DNA from: Desulfobacterales bacterium
GTDB taxonomy: Bacteria > Desulfobacterota > Desulfobacteria > Desulfobacterales > UBA2174
Length of the DNA: 64,000 bases
Assembly: GCA_963668645.2 (NCBI GenBank)
Contig: CAXXWC010000022.1
Location: 32,001 to 96,000 of the forward strand
Direction: 5' to 3'
The notes below the pieces were generated by a model. That model was not told the origin of the DNA. It ran no database searches and worked only from the letters and a program-made list of their open reading frames with translations. Shown here piece after piece: positions 29,284 to 38,378 of the stretch (its first letter is position 1; each line of letters starts with the position of its first letter). The position numbers and the translations under genes were made by a program.

Positions 29284-30003
29284 ATGAAACAGCCATTAAA
29301 AGATTATCATGCCACCGGGGGAATAAAAATACTGCTATTTGTCAGTTTCCTTCTTTTTTGCCTTGTGAATGTCACATGGGCCCGCCCCACGAAACTGGAC
29401 CGTCTCTATGGCATTCCCACCCTGCCTAGGCACATCAAATACTATGAGGTTGACGATCAGGATCGCGTCATGCTCAATCCCTACCTGCAAGTTGCCTCAA
29501 GAAGGCACAAAGCCGTACTGAATCCCCGAATCCCGGTGTATGACTGGGTTATAGATATCCATGGAAAATTGAGAATCATTGCAGTGGTTCCGCACCCCAG
29601 GGGCCGCACATATTCAGGCCGTTATACACGGCCGGAAGACGGATACACATGCGGTCCGGGGTATGTGGAAAGATATGGGCATGTATCAGCACTTGCCGGC
29701 GCACCCGGCCGCATCGGGGGAGAAATTGTCAATGATTATAAAAATAAAAGATGGGTCATCAATAATAAATCCGGGCGGTATTCCAAAGAGAATATAGATC
29801 GTTTCCCCAACCAATTGGGCAATGCCGCCGCATTGATTCACGCCGTGGTCGACCCTGGAGGCCAGGCTTGGGGAGCGGTGGTCTATCTTTTGAATTATGC
29901 ACCTGAATCAGTGAAAACCAGGGAGCAATACAACATAGAACTCCGGTTCGGCAATCCCAAGACCAGGGGCCGTCCCTATCTGTTATTGGATCAGGACTGG
30001 TGA
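29284..30003 (+). CDS. Exported stand-alone paralog of the PPase C-terminal domain
   Basis: Hydrophobic N-terminus ending TWA; shares KYYEVDxQDRVMLNPYLQVA, RPEDG, GHxS, GGEI and INNKSGRYS with 27750-29171; start uncertain. Confidence 0.8.
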   Translation: MKQPLKDYHATGGIKILLFVSFLLFCLVNVTWARPTKLDRLYGIPTLPRHIKYYEVDDQDRVMLNPYLQVASRRHKAVLNPRIPVYDWVIDIHGKLRIIAVVPHPRGRTYSGRYTRPEDGYTCGPGYVERYGHVSALAGAPGRIGGEIVNDYKNKRWVINNKSGRYSKENIDRFPNQLGNAAALIHAVVDPGGQAWGAVVYLLNYAPESVKTREQYNIELRFGNPKTRGRPYLLLDQDW

Positions 30004-30564
30004 AAAATTTATGAACCCGGCAGCAGAAAGCATGAAGATTAAGGATTATCAAAAACCCGAAAATATGGCCCCGGCTGATCCCTCCCCACCCTTACAAAAA
30101 TCATAGCGGTTTCCGCTGGATCTCGAATTCATCGAAAATCGCTGGGCCCTCCACCTCTCCCTTGGCAGAGCTCGATACCACCACTATATAACTAAAAAAG
30201 AATATATTGGAGAACGCCAACGCAATCCTTTATCCGGGTAATGAAGGCCTTGTCCGACCCCAACCGGGTCAAGATCATCAAGCTATTGCAACAGCGTGAC
30301 CTTTGTGTTTGCAAGCTGCGCACCGCCCTGGCAATCAGCCAGCCGAGCGTATCCAAACACCTAAAAATAATTGAAGACGCAGGACTGACGACCTCGAGCA
30401 AAGATGGACTCCACGTCAATTACCGGCTGGCGGACGGCAGCACCTCTCCTTACGCGTCCACCCTGTTGGGCAGCCTGCGCCACTGGCTCGACCACGACCC
30501 GGCAGTGGCGGCCCTGGTGGCAAACCACCGGACAACCGGGCCTATCGGACTTTCGCGGTGGACG
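29734..30564. repeat. 831-bp direct repeat, copy 1
   Basis: Appears identical to 33033-33863; contains the first copy of the arsR fragment (from 30241). Confidence 0.92.
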
Positions 30565-30661
30565 GTAAGCGTCCGGGCAACCGCATCTTCTCAAGCGCTT
30601 GGAAATTTGTCACAGGTTGACTCCGTAGGCCGTAGACTATTTCAGCCAAGGAGGCATCATC

Positions 30662-31006
30662 GTGACACGGAAGCAACGAGCAGAGGCTCTGGAGGTCAAG
30701 CGGCGGTTTTGGCGACAGCACGTTGAGCGATGGAAACGAAGCGGGCGGAACCAGAGCGAATATTGCCGGCAGCACTCACTCAAGCTGCACTGTTTTATCT
30801 ACTGGAGAAAAAAGTACCGGGGTGCGGACGCGACTGCGATCTCCCTGGTCGAGGTTCAGTTGCCTCCGGTGGCGACCGGGGCCATCACCACCACGGACCA
30901 CCGACCGCTGCGGCTTGTGGTTTCCTCCAGCCATTGTGTCGAGGTAGAGCGTGACTTTGATCCGGTGGCCCTGCGGCAGTTGTTGCACGTGCTGGAGCGG
31001 CTGTGA
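30662..31006 (+). CDS. tnpA: IS66 accessory protein TnpA
   Basis: W..SG..QSEYCR...F.YWRKK. Confidence 0.85.
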   Translation: MTRKQRAEALEVKRRFWRQHVERWKRSGRNQSEYCRQHSLKLHCFIYWRKKYRGADATAISLVEVQLPPVATGAITTTDHRPLRLVVSSSHCVEVERDFDPVALRQLLHVLERL

Positions 31007-31356
31007 TGTTTTTGCCATCGCATACCCGCATTTACCTGGCGACCGGCAGCACTGACATGCGCAAAGCCATCAATGGGCTTTCGATTCTGGTCGAAGATCG
31101 ACTTGAGTTCGACCCATTTTCCGGCCACCTGTTCGCCTTTTGTAATCGGCGCCGGAACATGATCAAAATCCTGTACTGGGATCGAAACGGTTTTTGTCTC
31201 TGGCACAAGCGTTTGGAGAAGGAGTTTTTCATCTGGCCGGAGCGCCCCGACGAAGTCATGGAACTGGATCTTCGCCAGTTGAGTTGGCTGTTGGAAGGGC
31301 TTGAGATTGGCCAGCGGCATGCGCATAAAGAGCTGCACTACGAAACGCTGGTATGA
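31003..31356 (+). CDS. tnpB: IS66 accessory protein TnpB
   Basis: TDMRKAINGL, KILYWDRNGF...KRLE. Confidence 0.93.
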   Translation: MMFLPSHTRIYLATGSTDMRKAINGLSILVEDRLEFDPFSGHLFAFCNRRRNMIKILYWDRNGFCLWHKRLEKEFFIWPERPDEVMELDLRQLSWLLEGLEIGQRHAHKELHYETLV

Positions 31357-31423
31357 AAGATTTTTTTATTTTTAATCGAGAAAAAGATTGCCAAATTTGT
31401 GGCTTTACGGTATTGAATTTACC

Positions 31424-32968
31424 ATGAATTTTGATGTCCAAAACCTTCCTGATGATCCTGCTCAGCTCAAACAAATCATCGTTTCATTGCTCAATGAATA
31501 TCAGCGCCGGATTGAACATTTGGAAGAAGTGAACCGGTTGTTGAAGAACGAAATATTCGGTAGAAAGTCCGAGAAAAGATCTGTTGCCGACAGTCGTCAA
31601 TTTTCTCTTTTCGAAGAATCTGAAGAAGAGCCACTGGATGCGATCGATGAACCCGAAGACCGGCAGCCAGTGGAAGGCCATACACGCCGCAAGCCGGTCC
31701 GCAAGCCACTGCCGGCCGATCTGCCTCACGAAGACATTATTCACGATCTGGATGAATCCGAGAAAGTTTGTGTCTGCGGCCAGTCGCTTTGCAAGATTGG
31801 CGAAGAGGTCTGCGAGAAACTGCGTTATACGCCTGCAACGATGGTGGTCGAACGTCATATTCGCCCCAAATACGCTTGCAAAACCTGTGATGGGGTTGAA
31901 GATGATGGCCCGACCGTCAAGATCGCTCCGGTGCCGCCCCAACTGATCCCCAAGTCGTTTGCTACCGGATCGCTGGTAGCCCATATCGTCTGTTCCAAGT
32001 TCGAAGACGCCCTGCCATTGTATCGGCAGGAAAAAATCTTTTTGCGCATTGGTATCGACCTGCCCCGTTCGACCATGTGCACTTGGCTGATCAAGGTGGC
32101 CGACTTGGCCCGGCCGCTAATGGACCTGATGGGTCAGGAAATCCGATCCGGCCCGGTGGTGAACGTTGATGAGACCACGGTTCAGGTGATGAAAGAACCG
32201 GGCAAGGCCGACACCAGCAAATCCTATATGTGGCTGTTTCGAGGAGGGCAGCCGGACCGGCCGGTATTGGTGTTCGAATATCATCCGAGCCGTTCGGGGC
32301 AAATCCCGCTTGACTATCTGAGTGGATACCAAGGCTATGTGCAATGCGATGCCTACAGCGGGTATGACGCATTGGGCAGGCAAGAAGGCGTGGTGTTGCT
32401 AGGCTGCTGGTCACATGCCCGGCGCAAGTTCGACGAAGTCATCAAGGCCCGTGGAGGAGCCAAACGCAAAGGCAGCGCTGAGCAGGCCCTGGAGTATATC
32501 GGCCGGCTGTACGCCGTGGAAAAGAAGGCACGTGAAGCCGGGCTGGATTCGGATGCCATCCGCGATCTGCGCCAGCGGGAAGCCAAACCGGTTCTCGACG
32601 AGTTCAAGGCCTGGATGGACGCGAAAACCTTGGCGACGCCTCCCAAAGGGCTGCTCGGCAAGGCTATTCTTTACACGCTCAACAATTGGCAGCGCCTGGT
32701 CGGCTATCTTGAGGATGGCCGGTTGCGGCCGGACAATAACCTGGCGGAAAATGCGATCCGACCGTTTGTGCTAGGCAGAAAAAATTGGCTGTTCGCCGGC
32801 AACCCGGACGGCGCTCGTGCCGCCGCCGTGTATTACAGTCTGATCGAAACCGCCAAGGCCAATGGCTGGAAGGTGTACGATTATCTGACCTACCTGTTCG
32901 AAAACCTGCCGCTGGCAAAAACCGAAGAAGATTACCGCAAGCTGCTCCCCTACAACCGCTCTCAATAG
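31424..32968 (+). CDS. tnpC: IS66 DDE transposase TnpC
   Basis: FGRKSE, LPLYRQ, VDET, CWSHARRKF, DNNLAENAIRP, GRKNWLF. Confidence 0.95.
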   Translation: MNFDVQNLPDDPAQLKQIIVSLLNEYQRRIEHLEEVNRLLKNEIFGRKSEKRSVADSRQFSLFEESEEEPLDAIDEPEDRQPVEGHTRRKPVRKPLPADLPHEDIIHDLDESEKVCVCGQSLCKIGEEVCEKLRYTPATMVVERHIRPKYACKTCDGVEDDGPTVKIAPVPPQLIPKSFATGSLVAHIVCSKFEDALPLYRQEKIFLRIGIDLPRSTMCTWLIKVADLARPLMDLMGQEIRSGPVVNVDETTVQVMKEPGKADTSKSYMWLFRGGQPDRPVLVFEYHPSRSGQIPLDYLSGYQGYVQCDAYSGYDALGRQEGVVLLGCWSHARRKFDEVIKARGGAKRKGSAEQALEYIGRLYAVEKKAREAGLDSDAIRDLRQREAKPVLDEFKAWMDAKTLATPPKGLLGKAILYTLNNWQRLVGYLEDGRLRPDNNLAENAIRPFVLGRKNWLFAGNPDGARAAAVYYSLIETAKANGWKVYDYLTYLFENLPLAKTEEDYRKLLPYNRSQ

Positions 32969-33032
32969 ACTTCAGACGGAACGCGAAACCAGGCTTATCG
33001 GGCGGTTGGGGTGCGGTTTGCCGAACGCTTAC

Positions 33033-33863
33033 GATTATAAAAATAAAAGATGGGTCATCAATAATAAATCCGGGCGGTATTCCAAAGAGAATATAGATCG
33101 TTTCCCCAACCAATTGGGCAATGCCGCCGCATTGATTCACGCCGTGGTCGACCCTGGAGGCCAGGCTTGGGGAGCGGTGGTCTATCTTTTGAATTATGCA
33201 CCTGAATCAGTGAAAACCAGGGAGCAATACAACATAGAACTCCGGTTCGGCAATCCCAAGACCAGGGGCCGTCCCTATCTGTTATTGGATCAGGACTGGT
33301 GAAAAATTTATGAACCCGGCAGCAGAAAGCATGAAGATTAAGGATTATCAAAAACCCGAAAATATGGCCCCGGCTGATCCCTCCCCACCCTTACAAAAAT
33401 CATAGCGGTTTCCGCTGGATCTCGAATTCATCGAAAATCGCTGGGCCCTCCACCTCTCCCTTGGCAGAGCTCGATACCACCACTATATAACTAAAAAAGA
33501 ATATATTGGAGAACGCCAACGCAATCCTTTATCCGGGTAATGAAGGCCTTGTCCGACCCCAACCGGGTCAAGATCATCAAGCTATTGCAACAGCGTGACC
33601 TTTGTGTTTGCAAGCTGCGCACCGCCCTGGCAATCAGCCAGCCGAGCGTATCCAAACACCTAAAAATAATTGAAGACGCAGGACTGACGACCTCGAGCAA
33701 AGATGGACTCCACGTCAATTACCGGCTGGCGGACGGCAGCACCTCTCCTTACGCGTCCACCCTGTTGGGCAGCCTGCGCCACTGGCTCGACCACGACCCG
33801 GCAGTGGCGGCCCTGGTGGCAAACCACCGGACAACCGGGCCTATCGGACTTTCGCGGTGGACG
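33033..33863. repeat. 831-bp direct repeat, copy 2
   Basis: Appears identical to 29734-30564. Confidence 0.92.
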
Positions 33864-33926
33864 GGATCGTACTTTACATCGAACAGTGCCTGCTTGACGC
33901 CATCGATCCCGGGCAAAACATCCTGA
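33540..33926 (+). pseudogene. ArsR/SmtB regulator with a disrupted C-terminus
   Basis: KALSDPNRVKI, LCVC, SQPSVSKHLK; after about 33825 the sequence belongs to another gene fragment. Confidence 0.75.
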
Positions 33927-34021
33927 AGGTGCACATGGCCGATTACGGGACATGGGTGCTGCATTTCGGCGATTGCGGATAACCTTTATTTTCTCGACAG
34001 CAACGGGATTGGGAGGCGGAA

Positions 34022-34450
34022 ATGGCTGACAATTGCTGCGCTTGCGGCGCTGATGTGATGATTCTGGCCTGTTCGGGCGGATCCAACGTAGGGCAATTGT
34101 CCAACCAGGCGGCCGTGGAACTGACCGGGGAAGGCTTCGGCAAAATGTTCTGCCTGGCGGGCATCGGCGGAAAACTTTCCGGTTTCGTGCAGTCGGCCAG
34201 GGACGTACCGCAAATGGTCGTTATCGACGGGTGCCAGGTGGGCTGCGCCCGGGCCATCATGGAGCAGGCGGGCGTTGCGCTGCGCGGCTACCTCGTGCTC
34301 ACCGACGAGGGGATCGAAAAAAACAAGAATCTGTTCCCGGAACGCGCCGACATTGAGAAGGCCAAGGCGGCCGTGAAACGGGTGGCGGCGCAAAGCAACG
34401 CTGGCGATCCAAAGACCATCAGCAGTGGATGCGGATGTGATGCTTGCTGA
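34022..34450 (+). CDS. DGC-domain putative zinc-binding protein
   Basis: ACSGGSNVGQ, MFCLAG, IDGC..GCA. Confidence 0.9.
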   Translation: MADNCCACGADVMILACSGGSNVGQLSNQAAVELTGEGFGKMFCLAGIGGKLSGFVQSARDVPQMVVIDGCQVGCARAIMEQAGVALRGYLVLTDEGIEKNKNLFPERADIEKAKAAVKRVAAQSNAGDPKTISSGCGCDAC

Positions 34451-34501
34451 TCGACAGTCTTCGGGATAGCAACGAACTCTGCCGACGGCTGCTGAAACGG
34501 G

Positions 34502-34996
34502 TTGTTTCTCACCATCGCCGTGGTGGGCATTGCATGCGCGGTTTTAGGCCGCATGCTCGGTGACGTGGGCAGATGGTGGCAGGTCCCGGTCGGGGCCGTT
34601 CTGATCTGGGTGGCCATGGGCATGCTTGGCGTGCAGGCCTGCACCATGTCCGGGTCGTTGCTCTACCGGTTCCAGCTGCGCGGCATCCACGGCGCTTTTG
34701 GCCTGGGAATGGCCTACGGCCTGCTCTCCGGCTCTTGCACCTTCGGTTTCATCGCTCCCATCCTGGCCATCGTCACCGTACAGCAGAAAATCGTCGCCGG
34801 TTCCTTGATGATGCTTCTCTTTGCCGCCGGCCACTGCCTGCCCATCGCCGTGGCCGGCAGTTCCACCGCCATGGTGCGCAGATTGACGGAAAGCGTTGCC
34901 TGGCAAGGGGCCGGTTTGTGGTTCCGGCGTGCCGCCGGGGTCGTCATCGGGCTGTTGGGCCTTTTTTTTGTGGCCAACCCGCTCATCGGCGCTTGA
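34502..34996 (+). pseudogene. CcdA/DsbD-like membrane protein, 5' part missing
   Basis: GSCTFGFIAPIL and GHCLPI present; the N-terminal SPC helix and an RBS are missing. Confidence 0.65.
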
Positions 34997-35065
34997 GAAT
35001 CGTAACCGCGCCCCAGACAGCGCGCATATCCATTTCCAGGACCTCCGGCCTGACTGATCGCCGGG

Positions 35066-35110
35066 TTGACAGGCCGGAATCCGGCAATATATTCCTTTAT
35101 GGTTATATAT
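35066..35110 (+). promoter_or_regulatory. Sigma70 promoter with an ArsR-like operator
   Basis: TTGACA-16-TATATT overlapping the imperfect IR ATATATTCC-TTTAT-GGTTATATAT. Confidence 0.5.
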
Positions 35111-35157
35111 TATAACGATCCTAAAATTCTGGACGCATAATTCAAAGGAATCGATTC

Positions 35158-36252
35158 ATGGCCCATTCGGTGGCAACCTGCTGCTCAACCCCCAAACAGC
35201 CCCAATCCTCCGGCAAGACCCGGCCGGCATCCCCTTTTTCCCTGCGCTATGCATTGCTGGGCGCGCTGGGACTGCTGGCCTGGTGGATGATCTACCGGCA
35301 GCTGCTGCCGGCAGCCCGCTTTTTAACCTACGATCTTTTTAAAATCGGTGCCGGCACCCACCTGGGCGCGGCAGTGGAATTCTTCCTTTACGATACGCCC
35401 AAGGTGCTGATGCTCCTGACCCTGGTGGTCTTCGGCGTCGGCATCCTGCGCAGCTTCTTTACTGCCGAGCGCACCCGGGCCGTTCTGGCGGGCAAGAGTG
35501 CCCTGGCCGGCAGCGTGCTGGCCGCCCTGCTGGGCATCGTCACCCCTTTTTGCTCCTGTTCGGCCGTGCCGCTTTTTATCGGTTTTGTCACCGCCGGGGT
35601 CCCGCTGGGGGTGACCTTTTCGTTTCTTATCGCCGCGCCGATGGTCAACGAGGTCGCCGTGGGCCTGCTCTTGGGCCTGGTGGGCTGGCAGGTCTCCCTG
35701 CTCTACATGGCCACTGGTCTGAGCGTCGCGGTGGGGGCCGGCTGGACCATCGGCAAGCTCGGCCTGGAACACCACATCGAGCCCTGGGTCACCGGCATGC
35801 TTGCGGTTCCGGCTGCGGTAGTCGAGGAACGTTTGACCTGGCCCGATCGTGTCCGCTACGGCGCCGATGCGGTGCGCGAGATCGTGGCCAAGGTCTGGCT
35901 CTACCTGATCGCCGGCATCGCGGTGGGGGCCGGCATCCACGGCTACGTGCCCCAAGACGCCATGGCGGCCGTCATGGGCAAGGGAGCCTGGTGGAGCGTA
36001 CCGCTGGCCGTGATCATCGGGGTGCCGATGTACGCCAACGCCGCCGGAATCATTCCGGTGGTCGAGGCCCTGCTGGGCAAGGGAGCGGCTCTGGGCACGG
36101 TGCTGGCCTTCATGATGTCGGTGATCGCCCTTTCCCTGCCGGAGATGATCATCCTGCGCAAGGTCCTGCGCCCCAGGCTGATCGGCGTTTTTATCGCGGT
36201 GGTGACATGCGGTATTTTGCTGGTGGGCTATCTTTTCAACGCCCTGATCTAG
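35158..36252 (+). CDS. ArsP/DUF318-family permease
   Basis: FFLYDTPK, TPFCSCS, APMVNE, GVPMYANAAG, LSLPEM. Confidence 0.9.
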   Translation: MAHSVATCCSTPKQPQSSGKTRPASPFSLRYALLGALGLLAWWMIYRQLLPAARFLTYDLFKIGAGTHLGAAVEFFLYDTPKVLMLLTLVVFGVGILRSFFTAERTRAVLAGKSALAGSVLAALLGIVTPFCSCSAVPLFIGFVTAGVPLGVTFSFLIAAPMVNEVAVGLLLGLVGWQVSLLYMATGLSVAVGAGWTIGKLGLEHHIEPWVTGMLAVPAAVVEERLTWPDRVRYGADAVREIVAKVWLYLIAGIAVGAGIHGYVPQDAMAAVMGKGAWWSVPLAVIIGVPMYANAAGIIPVVEALLGKGAALGTVLAFMMSVIALSLPEMIILRKVLRPRLIGVFIAVVTCGILLVGYLFNALI

Positions 36253-36326
36253 GCCGCCGGCATCCAGGCCGTCAAACCGACACTTACCGGCAACGCCTCG
36301 CACACATCTTGCAAGGAAAACGGTCC

Positions 36327-37703
36327 ATGAACCGGCACCTGATCATCGGCGGCAGCGACGCGGGCATCAGCGCGGCCCTGCGCATCAGGGAACTCGCCCC
36401 GGAGGCGGAGGTCACGGTGGTGGCGGCCGACGCCTATCCCAACTTCAGCATCTGCGGCCTGCCGTTCTTTCTCAGCGGCGAGGTGGCCGACTGGCGCCGT
36501 CTGGCCCACCGAGACGCGGCCCAAATCGAGGCCCACGGCATCCGCTTGCGGCTCAACCAACGCGTCACGGCCATCGATCCCGGGGCCAAAAAGATTTGGC
36601 TTGACGCCACGGGAAGCCGCCCCAGACAGATGGCCTACGACAAACTGCTCATCGCCACCGGGGCCGAATCGGTCCGTCCGCCCATTAAAGGGCTGGATAC
36701 TTCAGGGGTTTTCTTCCTGCGCTGGATGGACGACGGCTTCGCCCTCAGGAATTTTCTGGATCGGCACAACCCGCGCCGCGCCGTGGTGGTCGGCGGCGGG
36801 TACATCGGCCTGGAGATGGCCGACGCGCTGGCCCGCCGCAACCTGGCCGTGACCTTGATGGAATTTGCCCCCGAGGTGCTCACCACCCTGGATCCGGAGC
36901 TGGGGGTGCTGATCCGGACCGAGCTTGAGGCCAAAAAGGTGCGGATTCTCACAGGCCGGACAGTGGAACGCATCGTGCCCCAGGCCGGGGCTCTGGTGGT
37001 GAAGTCCGTTGCTGGGCCTGACGAAAAAACCGAACTGGTCATCGTGGCCGCCGGGGCCAAACCGTCCACTTCGCTGGCCGCAGCAGCCGGAATCGATACC
37101 GGAGTGAGTGGCGCCATCCGCGTCGATCGCACCATGGCCACCTCGGCGGCGGACATCTGGGCGGCCGGGGATTGCGTCGAAACCTGGCACCGGATCCTCC
37201 GGCACAACGCCTACCTGCCCCTGGGCACCACGGCCCACAAGCAGGGCCGGGTGGCAGGCGAAAACATGCTGGGTGGCAGGCGTGAATTTCAGGGCAGCCT
37301 CGGTACCCAGGCGGTCAAGGTTTTCGACCGGGTGGCGGCCCGCACCGGACTGAGGGACCGCGAGGCCCTGGAAGCCGGTTTCGATCCGCTTACCGTCGCT
37401 CTTACCGTCTGGGATCACAAGGCATACTACCCGGGAGCCAGCGAACTGCACATCCGCATCACCGGAGACCGGCGTTCGGGCCGTCTGCTGGGGGCGCAGA
37501 TGGTCGGGGCCTGCGGCGCCGAGGTCTCCAAGCGCATCGATATCTTCGCCGCCGCGCTGTACCACGCCATGGCGGTCGACGACCTCAACGGTATCGATCT
37601 GAGCTACACCCCGCCCCTTTCCAGCCCCTGGGACCCGGTGCAGATGGCGGCCCAGGCCTGGTGTGCCAGGATAAAGTCCTCCGGCACCAAAATCAAATAT
37701 TGA
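36327..37703 (+). CDS. FAD-dependent CoA-disulfide/persulfide reductase-like oxidoreductase
   Basis: IIGGSDAG, FSICGLP, GGGYIGLE, AAGDC, YYPGA, DLSYTPP. Confidence 0.88.
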   Translation: MNRHLIIGGSDAGISAALRIRELAPEAEVTVVAADAYPNFSICGLPFFLSGEVADWRRLAHRDAAQIEAHGIRLRLNQRVTAIDPGAKKIWLDATGSRPRQMAYDKLLIATGAESVRPPIKGLDTSGVFFLRWMDDGFALRNFLDRHNPRRAVVVGGGYIGLEMADALARRNLAVTLMEFAPEVLTTLDPELGVLIRTELEAKKVRILTGRTVERIVPQAGALVVKSVAGPDEKTELVIVAAGAKPSTSLAAAAGIDTGVSGAIRVDRTMATSAADIWAAGDCVETWHRILRHNAYLPLGTTAHKQGRVAGENMLGGRREFQGSLGTQAVKVFDRVAARTGLRDREALEAGFDPLTVALTVWDHKAYYPGASELHIRITGDRRSGRLLGAQMVGACGAEVSKRIDIFAAALYHAMAVDDLNGIDLSYTPPLSSPWDPVQMAAQAWCARIKSSGTKIKY

Positions 37704-38313
37704 TCACCTTGTCCGCCAGTTGCATGGCGGTGACGATATCGAGCATGTTGGTGGTTTCACCCACCTGCTTGCGTTCGAGCAGATCGAAGTGCGTCAGGCA
37801 GGTGCCGCAGACCAGGATCTGCAACCCGCCGGCGGCGTAGTCCTGCAACACGTCCAGCACCGGGCTGCCGTCGATGGTCAGCTTGACCCCGTTGTTGACG
37901 AAAACCAGGCGCCACAGTTCGTCGCCCATCTCGGCCAGGGTCTTGATAAAACTGATTATCAGCTTGGCGCCCAGCACGTCGTCGCCATAGCCCATACGGT
38001 CGGTGGCGATCATCACCATGATCTTGCGCAGATCGTCGCCGGCAGGAGAAACGACCTTCCTTTCCGGCTCCTGGGCCACTGCCGGGACACCATCCTGCAC
38101 CTGGCCGCCGCGGCCCACCACCACCTGATCGCTGCCGCTGGCCTCGATTTCCACAGCGAAGCCCCGGCTTTGTAAAAATCGGGAAACGTTCTGGGCCGAA
38201 GCGGCGTTGTCCACCACCACGCGCAGTGCATCGGCGCCTTCGTTTTCGACGGCCGCCTTGGCCTGGAGGACCGGAGCCGGGCAGGCAAGGCCCCGGGCAT
38301 CGATTTCTTTCAT
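37693..38313 (-). CDS. yedF: Selenium-metabolism sulfurtransferase-like YedF (TusA plus DsrE domains)
   Basis: IDARGLACPAP, NNGVKL, VCGTCL, GETTNM; directly downstream of selD. Confidence 0.88.
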   Translation of the reverse strand: MKEIDARGLACPAPVLQAKAAVENEGADALRVVVDNAASAQNVSRFLQSRGFAVEIEASGSDQVVVGRGGQVQDGVPAVAQEPERKVVSPAGDDLRKIMVMIATDRMGYGDDVLGAKLIISFIKTLAEMGDELWRLVFVNNGVKLTIDGSPVLDVLQDYAAGGLQILVCGTCLTHFDLLERKQVGETTNMLDIVTAMQLADKVINI

Positions 38314-38378
38314 CTTTTTTATCCTTTTCCAAAACTTGTGAAACGGAATCGTCCGCTGCCGTATGCGAACGTCGTCAT

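Larger units (their letters stand above)
30565..33032 (+). mobile_element. IS66-family element (tnpA, tnpB, tnpC)
   Basis: Ends GTAAGCGTCCGGGCAACCGCA / TGCGGTTTGCCGAACGCTTAC; three ORFs. Confidence 0.95.

Noticed and set aside
35550..36326. N-terminal extension of the FAD oxidoreductase
   Set aside because: Overlaps the permease; the real start at 36327 has an RBS and the FAD-binding motif
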